The notes under the pieces are model-generated. The model was given only the letters and a program-made list of their open reading frames with translations. It had not been told where the DNA came from and made no database searches. From assembly GCA_051959625.1 (NCBI GenBank), contig JBQCFD010000200.1, positions 1 through 54,778 on the forward strand: a stretch of 54,778 bases of DNA, given 5' to 3'. Position 1 is the stretch's first letter, and each line of letters opens with the position of its first letter. Both the position numbers and the translations under genes were made by a program. The stretch is from Rhizomicrobium sp. (lineage in GTDB: Bacteria > Pseudomonadota > Alphaproteobacteria > Micropepsales > Micropepsaceae). This document shows positions 40,778-50,284 of the stretch, piece after piece.

Positions 40778-41377
40778 GTGTCGGACGAGCAAAAGGGCGA
40801 AGGCCCCGTCATCATCAAGAAGTACGCAAACCGCCGTCTCTACAACACTCAGACGTCATCCTACGTGACCCTGGATCACCTCGCGCAGATGGTGAAGGAC
40901 GGAACGGAATTCGAAGTCCACGATGCGCGCACCGGCGAAGATATCACGCGCTCGGTGCTGACGCAGATCATCTTCGAGGAAGAAGGCAAGGGCCAGAACC
41001 TCCTGCCCATCAAATTCCTGCGTCAGCTCATCCGCTTTTACGGCGACTCCCTGCAGGCTTTCGTGCCGGGCTATCTCGATCTCTCCATGGACAGCTTCGC
41101 GAAGAACCAGGAAGCGATGCGCAACCGGATGGCGGAAGCTTTCGGTGGCGGGTCCTCCGCGCTGGAAGCCATGACGCGGCAGAACCTGCAGATGTTCGAA
41201 CGCGCGATGAAGATGTTCTCGCCCTTCGCCGCCCAGGGTGCCGCGCACGAGAGCGATGCGCCCAGGAACGCCAATGGCGGCACTGCGCCCAAATCCTCGG
41301 AAGAGATCAACGAGCTAAAGAGCGAGATCGAAGCGATGCGCCGCCAGCTTTCCGAACTGGCGCAGAACCGCAAATAG
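40778..41377 (+). CDS. phaR: PHA synthesis repressor
   Basis: IIKKYANRRLYNT.TSSYVTL and GEDITRSVLTQII. Confidence 0.96.
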   Translation: MSDEQKGEGPVIIKKYANRRLYNTQTSSYVTLDHLAQMVKDGTEFEVHDARTGEDITRSVLTQIIFEEEGKGQNLLPIKFLRQLIRFYGDSLQAFVPGYLDLSMDSFAKNQEAMRNRMAEAFGGGSSALEAMTRQNLQMFERAMKMFSPFAAQGAAHESDAPRNANGGTAPKSSEEINELKSEIEAMRRQLSELAQNRK

Positions 41378-41381
41378 CGCG

Positions 41382-42272
41382 TCAGCCCGGCCAATAACCG
41401 GGCCGACCGATATCCTCGATCAAGCCGATCTCTTGGGGCTTCCAGCCGAGCTCGGCTTGCGTCTTGGCGCTCGATGCCGGCATGTCCAGCCCAGCGAACA
41501 TCGCCAGCGGGCCGTAATAATCGCCGGCCTGTTCCTGCCTGATCGAGATCACCGGCACGTTCAGGGCGCGCCCGACAACGTCGAGCATCTCGCGCATCGT
41601 TATGCCTTCTTCGCCGACGGCATGATAAATCCCGTCATTGGCGCCCTTCTCCAACGCGAGCCGGTAGAGCCGCGCGACATCCAGCCTGTGCGCCGCCGCC
41701 CACCGCTCCTTGCCTTCGCCGACATAGGCCGCAGCGCCCTTCTGGCGCGCGCTTTCGACGAGATAGCTGATCAACCCCGCTTTGCCCTTCTCGCCATGCA
41801 CTTGCGGCAGGCGGATGGTCATCGCGCGCACGCCGCGCGCCGCGTAAGCCAGGCCCGCCTGTTCCGACATGCGCGGCGCGGCAGGGCTCGCATCGCGGCG
41901 CATGTCTTCGGTCGCCACCACGCCCGGTGCGATAAGCCCCGTGCCCGAGGTGACGATGAAGGGCTTGTTCGTCCCGGCCAGCGCGTCCCCCATCGCCTCG
42001 ATGGCGCGCTTGTCGATCTGTCCGTTCTCCGCGAACTTCGCGAAATCATGAATGAAGGCGAGATGGATCACGCCGTCGGCGTTTTTCGCGCCGCTCTTCA
42101 GGCTGTCGAGATCTTCGAGCGAGCCCCGATGCACGGCGGCGCCCAGCATCTTCAACGTTTCGACATTCGCATCCGAGCGCGCGAGGCCGATGACCTGATG
42201 GCCATGGGCGATCAACTCCCTCGTCGTCGCCGCACCTATGAACCCGGCAGCGCCCGTCACGAAAACCCGCAT
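41382..42272 (-). CDS. NAD-dependent epimerase / atypical SDR
   Basis: VFVTGAAGFIG, VIHLAFIHDF and HRLDVARLYRLALE. Confidence 0.88.
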   Translation of the reverse strand: MRVFVTGAAGFIGAATTRELIAHGHQVIGLARSDANVETLKMLGAAVHRGSLEDLDSLKSGAKNADGVIHLAFIHDFAKFAENGQIDKRAIEAMGDALAGTNKPFIVTSGTGLIAPGVVATEDMRRDASPAAPRMSEQAGLAYAARGVRAMTIRLPQVHGEKGKAGLISYLVESARQKGAAAYVGEGKERWAAAHRLDVARLYRLALEKGANDGIYHAVGEEGITMREMLDVVGRALNVPVISIRQEQAGDYYGPLAMFAGLDMPASSAKTQAELGWKPQEIGLIEDIGRPGYWPG

Positions 42273-42366
42273 GTGCTCTCTCTCCAAGGCCGTTTCCGCC
42301 TTCGAATATGGTCGTGCTATCATGCGGGTAAAGATGACTATCTATACCGGTATAATGGGTAACAGG

Positions 42367-43287
42367 ATGAGCGCATCCGGAACACCGCCTTCACTCGGCG
42401 CCTATCTGAGGGACCGGCGCGCCAAGCTCGATCCCGCGTCGTTCGGATTGCCGCTCACGCGGCGCCGCACACCGGGTTTGCGGCGCGAAGAAGTGGCCCA
42501 GCGGGCCAATGTCAGCGCCACCTGGTACACCTGGCTCGAGCAAGGCCGCGGCGGCGCGCCGTCCGCCGATGTGCTCGATCGAATTGCGCGCGCGATGATG
42601 CTCACCGATGTCGAGCGCGAGCACATTTTCCTGCTCGGCCTGGGGCGTCCGCCCGAGGTCCGTTACCATCCCCCGGAAGGCGTGACGCCCAGACTGCAAC
42701 GCGTCCTCGACGCACTGACCGCAAGTCCGGCCTTCGTGAAAACTCCGACATGGGACGTGGTGGCGTGGAATGAATCCGCAGCGGCCGTGTTCACCGATTA
42801 CGAGGCGCTCCCGCCGCGGGAGCGCAACATCCTGCGCCTGTTCTTCCGCGACTCGGCAATCCGCTCCGCGCAGCCCGATTGGGAGAAGATCGCGCGCTTC
42901 GTCGTCGCGGCGTTTCGCGCCGACACCTTGCGCGCCGGCGCCGTGCACGAGATCCAGTCGCTGGTAGACGAGCTTTGTGCGACCAGTCCGGAATTCGCGC
43001 GGATGTGGCGCGACAACGACGTGCGTGCACACAGCGACGGCACCAAGCATCTGCACAATCCGCTGACCGGACCGATCGCGATGGACTATTCGGCGTTCGC
43101 CGTCGACGGCCGGCCGGACCTCGGAATGGTGATCTACAATCCCGCGACGCCGAAAGATGCGGAGAAAGTGCGGGTGTTGATCCGGGCGCGCCGGAAAAGC
43201 CGGGCGGCGGCTTCTAGAACATCCCCATCATCTGGCGGTTCTTCGGCGGGGAATCCTGCGTCACGCAGCTCTCGGCGTGCCATATGA
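42367..43287 (+). CDS. MmyB-like XRE regulator (HTH plus PAS-like ligand domain)
   Basis: RRRTPGLRREEVA, WYTWLEQGR and SPEFARMW. TATACCGGTATA palindrome upstream (42343-42354). Confidence 0.9.
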   Translation: MSASGTPPSLGAYLRDRRAKLDPASFGLPLTRRRTPGLRREEVAQRANVSATWYTWLEQGRGGAPSADVLDRIARAMMLTDVEREHIFLLGLGRPPEVRYHPPEGVTPRLQRVLDALTASPAFVKTPTWDVVAWNESAAAVFTDYEALPPRERNILRLFFRDSAIRSAQPDWEKIARFVVAAFRADTLRAGAVHEIQSLVDELCATSPEFARMWRDNDVRAHSDGTKHLHNPLTGPIAMDYSAFAVDGRPDLGMVIYNPATPKDAEKVRVLIRARRKSRAAASRTSPSSGGSSAGNPASRSSRRAI

Positions 43288-43441
43288 CGGTTTCGCCGTT
43301 CTTGTTTTTCACGCGGCGGCCTTCGATCATCGGCATCACCTCGCCTTCGCAACTGACGAGCGCCGGATTGCCCAGCAGGAAATAGCCGTGCGCGCAGCTT
43401 CCGTGCACGACGCACGCCATCGCGAGCACGTAGACGTTCAC
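43214..43441 (-). CDS. Small hypothetical protein (75 aa, 4 Cys)
   Basis: GTG start overlaps the stop of the upstream EAL gene (GTGA); host-like codons. Confidence 0.45.
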   Translation of the reverse strand: MNVYVLAMACVVHGSCAHGYFLLGNPALVSCEGEVMPMIEGRRVKNKNGETVIWHAESCVTQDSPPKNRQMMGMF

Positions 43442-45135
43442 CACTTGGGCTCGAGCGTGGGTTCGCCGAAATGGAAGCCCTGGAAGTAGTCGACGCCGAA
43501 GCCTTCGAGCATCGCGGCTTCCTCGTCGGAGCCCACCCATTCCGCCACGGTCTTCAGATTGAAATTCTTGGCAAGATCCACCAGCGTGCGCACGAAGATC
43601 TGGTTGTCGCGCGATTGGATGAGGCCCTTCACATAGGAGCCGTCGATCTTGACCATGTCGACATGCAGCATCTGCAGGTTTCGGAATGAGGTGTAGCCGG
43701 CGCCGAAATCGTCGATGGCGACGCGGCAGCCCAGATCGCGCAGCCCCGAAATGAAGCGCGCAATCTCCTCGAAGTCGTTCAGCGCCGCGGTTTCGGTGAG
43801 TTCCACGATGATGCGGCTGGCCACTTCGCTGTTCGCCCGGATGTAGTTGGCGAAGGACTGCAGCCAGGAGGAATCGCCGGTCGTCGTGCCCGACACGTTG
43901 ACCGCAAGGCTTGCGAGCGGATTGGACCTGAGGTCGGCGACCGTCATCTCCAGCGCGTGGCGGTCGACGAGGCGCACAAGGCCGAGCTGCTCGGCGGCGG
44001 GAATGAATTGCCCGGCCGTGACGATGGTGCCGTCCGGCTTTTTCATGCGCAGCAGGCATTCGTGATGCTTCACCGTGCGCGATTTGGCGCAGACGATGGG
44101 CTGATAGGCGAAGACGAGGCGATGTTCGTTCAGCGCCGCCACCACTTCGTCGGCGATGCTCATCAGACGCAGCCGCGCGGTTTCACGCTGCGGCGACTTC
44201 ACATAAGTGGCAAACCCGTCGCGGCCGTTGGCGCGCGCCTTGTCCAACGCCTCTTCCGCGCGAAGCATGGCTTCCTGGCTGGAGGCTGCGCCGGAGGGCA
44301 GCCACACTGCGCCTACGCTGATCGTTGCTGCGACGGTGCCGGTGCGCGTGGCGACGATATCGCTCCTGACGGCGCCTCGCAGACGCTCCGTCACGAGCGC
44401 AATCTCCCGCTCCCCGCAATTGCCCAGGATGACGCCGAGCTTGTTTCCCGCGATGCGGCCGACGATATCGGTCTCGCGCAGCGCGCGTCCCATGCGTTCG
44501 CTCACCGCGACGATCACTTCATCGGCGGCACCGAAGCCATAGGCCTCGTTGATCATCGCGAGACGGTCGACGGAGGCGACGAGATAGGCGCAGGTACGTC
44601 CTTCCGCCTTCGCGCTCTCCACCACGCGCGCAAGCTCGGTGCGCAACGATGTGCGATTGAGAAGCCCGGTGAGTTCGTCGCGCGTCGCCAGGTAGGTGAG
44701 ACGCTGGGCTTCGCGCTTCTTTTCGGTGATGAGGCGTACCGTGCCGCTCAAGCGTTCGGCGTGGCCTTGCGGGCCCGGAAGGCGGACGCCGCGCATCTCG
44801 AACCACATCGAACCCATGGCCGATGCGCCTTCGAATTCGATCTCGAACGAGCTTTCGCGCGGCGAGACATCGCTCAGAACCGCGGCAAGATGATTGCGTC
44901 CCGCTTCGCCCATCCACTGGCGCAGCGCGCCGCCGCGCTTCAGCCTGTCGATATCGGCGTGGCCTTCCAGCATCTCGACGGCACCGTCCCAACTGACCCG
45001 ATCGTCAGCCATGGTCCAGTCGAAGACGGCTTCGCGCGCGCCGGCAACCGCAAGCCTCAGCCGTTCGGCGTCATGCGCCGCGGCAAGACTACGGATACTC
45101 TCCGACGGCTTCTTAGGAAGCGCCTGACCCTGCAA
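43438..45135 (-). CDS. PAS-like / degenerate GGDEF / EAL protein, probable c-di-GMP phosphodiesterase
   Basis: DELTGLLNR; GGDEF site reads AGNKL; EAL site reads ECL; ELTET, DDFGAGY, KIDG and AEWV are intact. Confidence 0.9.
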   Translation of the reverse strand: MQGQALPKKPSESIRSLAAAHDAERLRLAVAGAREAVFDWTMADDRVSWDGAVEMLEGHADIDRLKRGGALRQWMGEAGRNHLAAVLSDVSPRESSFEIEFEGASAMGSMWFEMRGVRLPGPQGHAERLSGTVRLITEKKREAQRLTYLATRDELTGLLNRTSLRTELARVVESAKAEGRTCAYLVASVDRLAMINEAYGFGAADEVIVAVSERMGRALRETDIVGRIAGNKLGVILGNCGEREIALVTERLRGAVRSDIVATRTGTVAATISVGAVWLPSGAASSQEAMLRAEEALDKARANGRDGFATYVKSPQRETARLRLMSIADEVVAALNEHRLVFAYQPIVCAKSRTVKHHECLLRMKKPDGTIVTAGQFIPAAEQLGLVRLVDRHALEMTVADLRSNPLASLAVNVSGTTTGDSSWLQSFANYIRANSEVASRIIVELTETAALNDFEEIARFISGLRDLGCRVAIDDFGAGYTSFRNLQMLHVDMVKIDGSYVKGLIQSRDNQIFVRTLVDLAKNFNLKTVAEWVGSDEEAAMLEGFGVDYFQGFHFGEPTLEPKW

Positions 45136-45265
45136 ACCACACCCACCTTGGCCTTTTTGGCCTTATGGGCCGGATGATGGGGCCGGCGCCTTAAAAAATC
45201 AGAAACTTGTTGGCGTCTGCAACCTGGAAGGAGCCACGGCCCGCGAATTGCGTTAAGCGATGGTT

Positions 45266-45607
45266 ATGAGCGATTCGAAGTCCATCGCCATCGTTTCGAC
45301 AACCACCGCATGGCGGCGTGCGCCGCGCGTGGAAAAGACCCGCTTCTCCAATGCTCTGGATGGTGAACGCCACGAAACCGCGGAACGCGACGGCGAGCTG
45401 CGCGCCAAAGCATTGCGGACGACACTGTCTCATAACGAAACAGCCGCATCGTCTCGCGACTGGATCCAGGAGCCGCTTGTGCCCGGTTTCGTAGCGCAGG
45501 TCCTGGCGCAGGTGATGCCCGGTGATGCGCGGCGCGCGGCTTCAGCCTTCGCCGCCTATGGTGACAGCGCCCCGCAAATCGCGCGCGTGTACGACCGCAG
45601 GCTCTGA
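45266..45607 (+). CDS. Hypothetical protein
   Basis: Divergent from the EAL gene; FVAQVLAQ...AAY segment; no domain recognised. Confidence 0.55.
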   Translation: MSDSKSIAIVSTTTAWRRAPRVEKTRFSNALDGERHETAERDGELRAKALRTTLSHNETAASSRDWIQEPLVPGFVAQVLAQVMPGDARRAASAFAAYGDSAPQIARVYDRRL

Positions 45608-46162
45608 ACGGCGCGCGAGCGCAAGCCCCAACCCCAGCAACGATGCGGACGAGAACAGCGCCAGCGCGACCTCGCCCGCGCCGTCGCCGTGCACCGCCGC
45701 GGCACCCAGGATCATGCACCCCGCCGACAGCGCCGCATAAAGACTGGAACGCTTATCGCGGCGCCATTGCCGCGCGCACAGCGCCAGCATGACCAGACCC
45801 GATGCCAAAAGCGGCGCAAAGCAGAACAGTGTCGTCCCGGTCGCAGCCGCCACGACGCCGGCGCAAGCGCAAAGCGCCAGCAGGATGGTAGCAAGGATGG
45901 ATGACGGCCGGTGCTCGAAGGACGCGAACAGCGCAAGCGCAAGCGCCGCCGGCGCCAGCGCGCAGACGAAAAACATCACGGACAGAACGAATGCCTCCCC
46001 GCGCGCCAGAAAGACCGAAGCCTCCATGCAAAGGCCGAGCGCCAGATAGAGAGCCGCCGCAAAGCGAAGATAGTCGCGCGCCGACCGGCTCGCACGGGCC
46101 GCGAAAAGGGCGGACAGGATCGCGGAGAGACCAAGCACCGGCGCAAAAATGAGCGTCATCAC
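45542..46162 (-). CDS. Hypothetical polytopic membrane protein
   Basis: About 7 hydrophobic segments; coupled to the upstream HTH gene. Confidence 0.65.
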   Translation of the reverse strand: MMTLIFAPVLGLSAILSALFAARASRSARDYLRFAAALYLALGLCMEASVFLARGEAFVLSVMFFVCALAPAALALALFASFEHRPSSILATILLALCACAGVVAAATGTTLFCFAPLLASGLVMLALCARQWRRDKRSSLYAALSAGCMILGAAAVHGDGAGEVALALFSSASLLGLGLALARRSEPAVVHARDLRGAVTIGGEG

Positions 46163-46488
46163 CGGTGACGCTCCATGAGCAGAGCCTTGATCTCCTGAAG
46201 CAGCGTTTCCATCCGCTCCAGCCGCGCGGAGAGTTCCGCAGGCGGCTGTTCATTTTCCGCCTTGGGTACGGGCGTGGAAATCCCCGCATGCGCTGCGATC
46301 TCGCGCGGTGTCACCGCGAGAAGCGCGGCCAATGTTGCCACATCGCGGGCGGAGAGCTCGCGCTGGTCTTTCCAGATATCGGCGATCTCGCCGTCGGACA
46401 GCCCCAGCGCACGCGCCGCGTCGGCGCGCGACAGATGCGCGGCCGAAAGCCGGGCGTCGAACCAGACGGTATCGAAGAACAGCGCCAT
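46159..46488 (-). CDS. XRE-like HTH DNA-binding protein
   Basis: LSRADAARALGLSDGEIADIWKDQREL plus a C-terminal coiled coil. Confidence 0.75.
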   Translation of the reverse strand: MALFFDTVWFDARLSAAHLSRADAARALGLSDGEIADIWKDQRELSARDVATLAALLAVTPREIAAHAGISTPVPKAENEQPPAELSARLERMETLLQEIKALLMERHR

Positions 46489-46528
46489 CGGCGCCGAATC
46501 TATGGAGATTCTGTTCCGGCGGAAAGCG

Positions 46529-47293
46529 CTAGCGGGCCGCCTGGGCAGAGCGTTCCAGCATGGCCGCACCAACAATGCGGCCATAGCCGCCTTGCTGAAC
46601 GAGCACGGCGATGGAATCGCGCGAGGTGCCGATCAATTCCTGGCGCGGCAGATCGAGCGCGACCGACTGGCCTTTCCACACGCCCACCGCGCGGATGTCG
46701 CGCACGATGTTGCGATAGGTATAGGTGTGGCCCGCGTTCTCGCCGCCCGTGATGTTCACGGTGGCCTGGGGTTGGATGCGGAAGAACCAGACGGTCGCGT
46801 TCGCATCGCGCATCGGCGACGCGCCGATCGCGACATGGATGGCGGATTTGCCGAGAGAGATCGTGACCGGCACGACGGTCTCATCGGCTGCCCGCGCGGC
46901 GATGGCGGATTCGATCTGTGCTTCGCGGCCGCCGACGATATCGTTCACGCCGTCCACGATGACTTGCGGGGTGTAGACGCCGCCGCGCCACATGGCTTGT
47001 GCATAGGCTTTCTGGCGCTTGGTATCGGCTTCGCTGCCGAGAGTGTCTTTCCAGCCCAGCATGTCCCAATAGGTGATCGGCAGGCTCATCGCGATCACGT
47101 CCTTGCGGGCGGCAAGCTGGCCAAGAAAGGAATCCGCCGGCGGACAGGAATTGCAGCCCTGGCTTGTGTAGAGTTCCACCACGATGGGGCGGCGCGCGGC
47201 ACCGCCGGCGTCGGCAAGGCCGGCGGGTAATAGCGCCGCCGCAGCCGCGGCGAGCACCACGGCTTTCAGAAACTTGAACCGGCGCAATGACAT
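46529..47293 (-). CDS. DUF1223 thioredoxin-like secreted protein
   Basis: VVELYTSQGCNSCPPAD, YWD.LGWKD and VYTPQ; follows acnA. Confidence 0.88.
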   Translation of the reverse strand: MSLRRFKFLKAVVLAAAAAALLPAGLADAGGAARRPIVVELYTSQGCNSCPPADSFLGQLAARKDVIAMSLPITYWDMLGWKDTLGSEADTKRQKAYAQAMWRGGVYTPQVIVDGVNDIVGGREAQIESAIAARAADETVVPVTISLGKSAIHVAIGASPMRDANATVWFFRIQPQATVNITGGENAGHTYTYRNIVRDIRAVGVWKGQSVALDLPRQELIGTSRDSIAVLVQQGGYGRIVGAAMLERSAQAAR

Positions 47294-47432
47294 GACCGGC
47301 AACATAGGTCCCCCGACCCGCCCCTTCCATTCACAGTGGCTTGAAGCCCGCAAGAACGACATCTTGCCCGGAATCGGCCCGAAACAAAGGCCATTTTCCA
47401 GCAATCGCGTGTTAATTGGGCCGGCGGCAACA

Positions 47433-47471
47433 GCGGGGATCCGGGCTCCGACGGGAGCCGCCATCCCCGCT
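47433..47471 (-). terminator. Hairpin downstream of acnA
   Basis: GCGGGGAT..GGCTCC-gacg-GGAGCC..ATCCCCGC; U-tract is weak. Confidence 0.45.
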
Positions 47472-47484
47472 TCGCAGAGAAGAT

Positions 47485-50196
47485 TCAGGCAGCCAGCAGG
47501 TTGCGCAGCACGTAGGGCAGGATGCCGCCATTCTCGAAATAGGCGATCTCGTCGGCCGTCAGGATCATCAGGACAAGCGGCAGATCCCCCTTGCGTCCGT
47601 CGGGATAGTGAATGGTTGCCGTCACCTTCATGCGCGGGCTGAGCTTTCCGGACAGGCCCGGGATGTCGATCGCTTCCCGGCCGGTGAGCTGGTAGTCGCT
47701 GCGCGTCTTGCCCGCCTCGAACACGAACGGCGCAATGCCCATGCCGATGAGGTTGGAGCGATGGATGCGCTCGAAGCTCTCGGCAATCACCGCGCGCACG
47801 CCTTGAAGCTTCGGCCCCTTGGCCGCCCAATCGCGTGAAGAGCCGGTGCCGTATTCCTTGCCCGCGACGACGACGGTCTGCATGCCATCCTTCGCATAGG
47901 CCATGGCGGCATCGAAGATCGACATCTCCTGGCCACTCGGATATTGCGCCGAATAGTAGATCGTGTTGCCGCCTTCCTTGCCGCCCATCATCTCGTTGCG
48001 AATGCGGATATTGGCGAATGTGCCGCGCTCCATCACTTCATGATTGCCGCGCCGCGAGCCGTAGGAGTTGAAGTCCTGCTGGCGGATCTGGTGTTCCTGC
48101 AGATAGATGCCGGCCGGTGACGACGCCTTGATCGAGCCGGCGGGACTGATGTGGTCGGTGGTGATGGAATCGCCGAACAAGGCCAGGATGCGCGCGCCCT
48201 TCACATCGGCAACGGCCGCGGGCTTCACGCCCATGCCTTCGAAATAGGGCGGATGCTTCACATAGGTCGAGCCGATGTCCCATTGATAGGTCTGGCCCTT
48301 GCTGACCTTCACCTTCTTCCAGTGGGAATCCCCCGCGAACACATTGGCATAACGCTTGCGGAAGGATGCCGGCGTGACCGCCTTGCGGATCGTCTCCGCG
48401 ATTTCCTTCGGCGACGGACAGATGTCCTTGAGATAGACCGGCTCATTGTCCTTGTCGTAGCCGACAGGGTCCTTGGTCAAATTCACGTTCATCGAGCCCG
48501 CCAGCGCGTAAGCCACGACGAGCATGGGCGAGGCAAGATAATTCGCGCGCACCTGCTGATGCACGCGGCCTTCGAAATTGCGGTTGCCGGACAGCACCGC
48601 GCCGACCACGAGATCGCCTTCGGTGACGGCATTGCCCACCGCTTCCGGCAGCGGGCCGGAATTGCCGATGCAGGTGGTGCAGCCATAGCCCACGAGATCG
48701 AAGCCCAGCTTGTTGAGCGCGGTGTCGAGCTTGGCCTTCTTCAGATAATCGGTCACGACCTGCGATCCCGGCGCGAGCGACGTCTTTACCCAGGGCTGCA
48801 CGGTAAGACCGCGTTTGACCGCATTGCGGGCAATCAGCCCTGCGCCGATCATCACATTCGGATTGGACGTGTTGGTGCAGCTGGTGATCGCGGCGATCAC
48901 CACGTCGCCGTGTCCGATGGAATATTCCGTACCGGCCACTTTCACGCGCCTCTGCGCGTCATCTTCCTTCTTGAAGGTGTCGATAAGCGCGGTGGCGAAC
49001 TCGGCTGCGGCATCCTTGAGCGCGACGCGGTCCTGCGGACGGCGCGGACCGGCGAGGCTGGGCTCCACCGTCGCCAGGTCCAGCGACAGGGTGTCGGTGA
49101 ACACCGGATCGGGCGACTTCTTCGTGCGGAAGAGGCCTTGCGTCTTCGCATATTTCTCGACCAGCGCCACGCGCGCGGCCTTGCGGCCCGTCGCCTTCAG
49201 ATAGCGGATCGTCTCCGCGTCGATCGGGAAGAAGCCGCAGGTCGCGCCATATTCCGGCGCCATGTTGGCGATCGTCGCGCGGTCCTCCAGCGCCATGTCG
49301 TCGAGACCCGGGCCGTAGAACTCCACGAATTTTCCGACCACGCCCTTCTTGCGCAGCATCTGCGTGACGGTGAGCACCAGATCGGTTGCGGTGACGCCCT
49401 CGCGCAGCTTGCCCGAAACACGGAAGCCAACGACTTCCGGAATGAGCATGGAGATCGGCTGGCCCAGCATCGCCGCTTCCGCCTCGATGCCGCCCACGCC
49501 CCAGCCCAGAACCGAGAGTGCGTTGATCATGGTGGTGTGGCTGTCGGTGCCCACCAGCGTGTCGGGGAAGGCGTATTCGACGGTCTTCTTGCCTTCCTTC
49601 TTCTTGCGCGTCCAAACCGTCTGACCGAGATATTCGAGATTGACTTGATGACAGATGCCGGTGCCCGGCGGCACCACGCGGAAATTCGCGAAAGCCTGCT
49701 GGCCCCAGCGCAGGAATTGATAGCGCTCCATGTTCCGCTGATATTCGATCTCGACATTCTGCTTGAACGACCTGGGCGTGCCGAAATTGTCGACCATCAC
49801 CGAATGGTCGATGACGAGATCGACTTCGGCGAGCGGGTTGATCTTCTCCGCGTCGCCGCCGAGCTTCTTCATCGCATCGCGCATCGCCGCCAGATCGACC
49901 ACGGCGGGAACGCCGGTCAGGTCCTGCATCAGCACGCGCGCGGGGCGAAATGCGATCTCGCGATCGGATTTGCGCTCCTTCACCCAGGCGTTCACCGCCT
50001 TGATGTCTTCCGCCTTCACCGTCTTGCCGTCTTCGTGGCGCAGCAGATTCTCGAGCAGCACGCGCATCGAATAAGGCAGCTTCGCGATGTTCTTGAGGCC
50101 CGCCTTTTCCGCCGCGGCGAGGCTGAAATAGGCATAGCTTTTGCCGCCCACCGTCATCGTGCGGCGGGATTTGAAACTGTCGAGAGTGCTGGTCAC
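47485..50196 (-). CDS. acnA: Aconitate hydratase A
   Basis: QDLTGVP, DHSV, GTDSHTT, ITSCTNTSNP, GCTTCIGNSG and GSSRDWAAKG. Confidence 0.97.
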   Translation of the reverse strand: MTSTLDSFKSRRTMTVGGKSYAYFSLAAAEKAGLKNIAKLPYSMRVLLENLLRHEDGKTVKAEDIKAVNAWVKERKSDREIAFRPARVLMQDLTGVPAVVDLAAMRDAMKKLGGDAEKINPLAEVDLVIDHSVMVDNFGTPRSFKQNVEIEYQRNMERYQFLRWGQQAFANFRVVPPGTGICHQVNLEYLGQTVWTRKKKEGKKTVEYAFPDTLVGTDSHTTMINALSVLGWGVGGIEAEAAMLGQPISMLIPEVVGFRVSGKLREGVTATDLVLTVTQMLRKKGVVGKFVEFYGPGLDDMALEDRATIANMAPEYGATCGFFPIDAETIRYLKATGRKAARVALVEKYAKTQGLFRTKKSPDPVFTDTLSLDLATVEPSLAGPRRPQDRVALKDAAAEFATALIDTFKKEDDAQRRVKVAGTEYSIGHGDVVIAAITSCTNTSNPNVMIGAGLIARNAVKRGLTVQPWVKTSLAPGSQVVTDYLKKAKLDTALNKLGFDLVGYGCTTCIGNSGPLPEAVGNAVTEGDLVVGAVLSGNRNFEGRVHQQVRANYLASPMLVVAYALAGSMNVNLTKDPVGYDKDNEPVYLKDICPSPKEIAETIRKAVTPASFRKRYANVFAGDSHWKKVKVSKGQTYQWDIGSTYVKHPPYFEGMGVKPAAVADVKGARILALFGDSITTDHISPAGSIKASSPAGIYLQEHQIRQQDFNSYGSRRGNHEVMERGTFANIRIRNEMMGGKEGGNTIYYSAQYPSGQEMSIFDAAMAYAKDGMQTVVVAGKEYGTGSSRDWAAKGPKLQGVRAVIAESFERIHRSNLIGMGIAPFVFEAGKTRSDYQLTGREAIDIPGLSGKLSPRMKVTATIHYPDGRKGDLPLVLMILTADEIAYFENGGILPYVLRNLLAA

Positions 50197-50284
50197 TGGG
50201 GAGTCCTCACGCGAAGAGAGCGAAGGCTGGATATTTTGGCCGTGGTTTAGTCAGATTTGCCCCCGCTGCCAAGGAGAAACCCCG

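Noticed and set aside
48151-50250. 699-aa + strand ORF and similar long ORFs (15227-17017, 19797-21287, 39316-40506, 30573-32138)
   Set aside because: Antisense shadows of acnA, the ABC exporter, ffh, phaA and ccmA/phaB. They are expected from high-GC codon bias and show no motifs.
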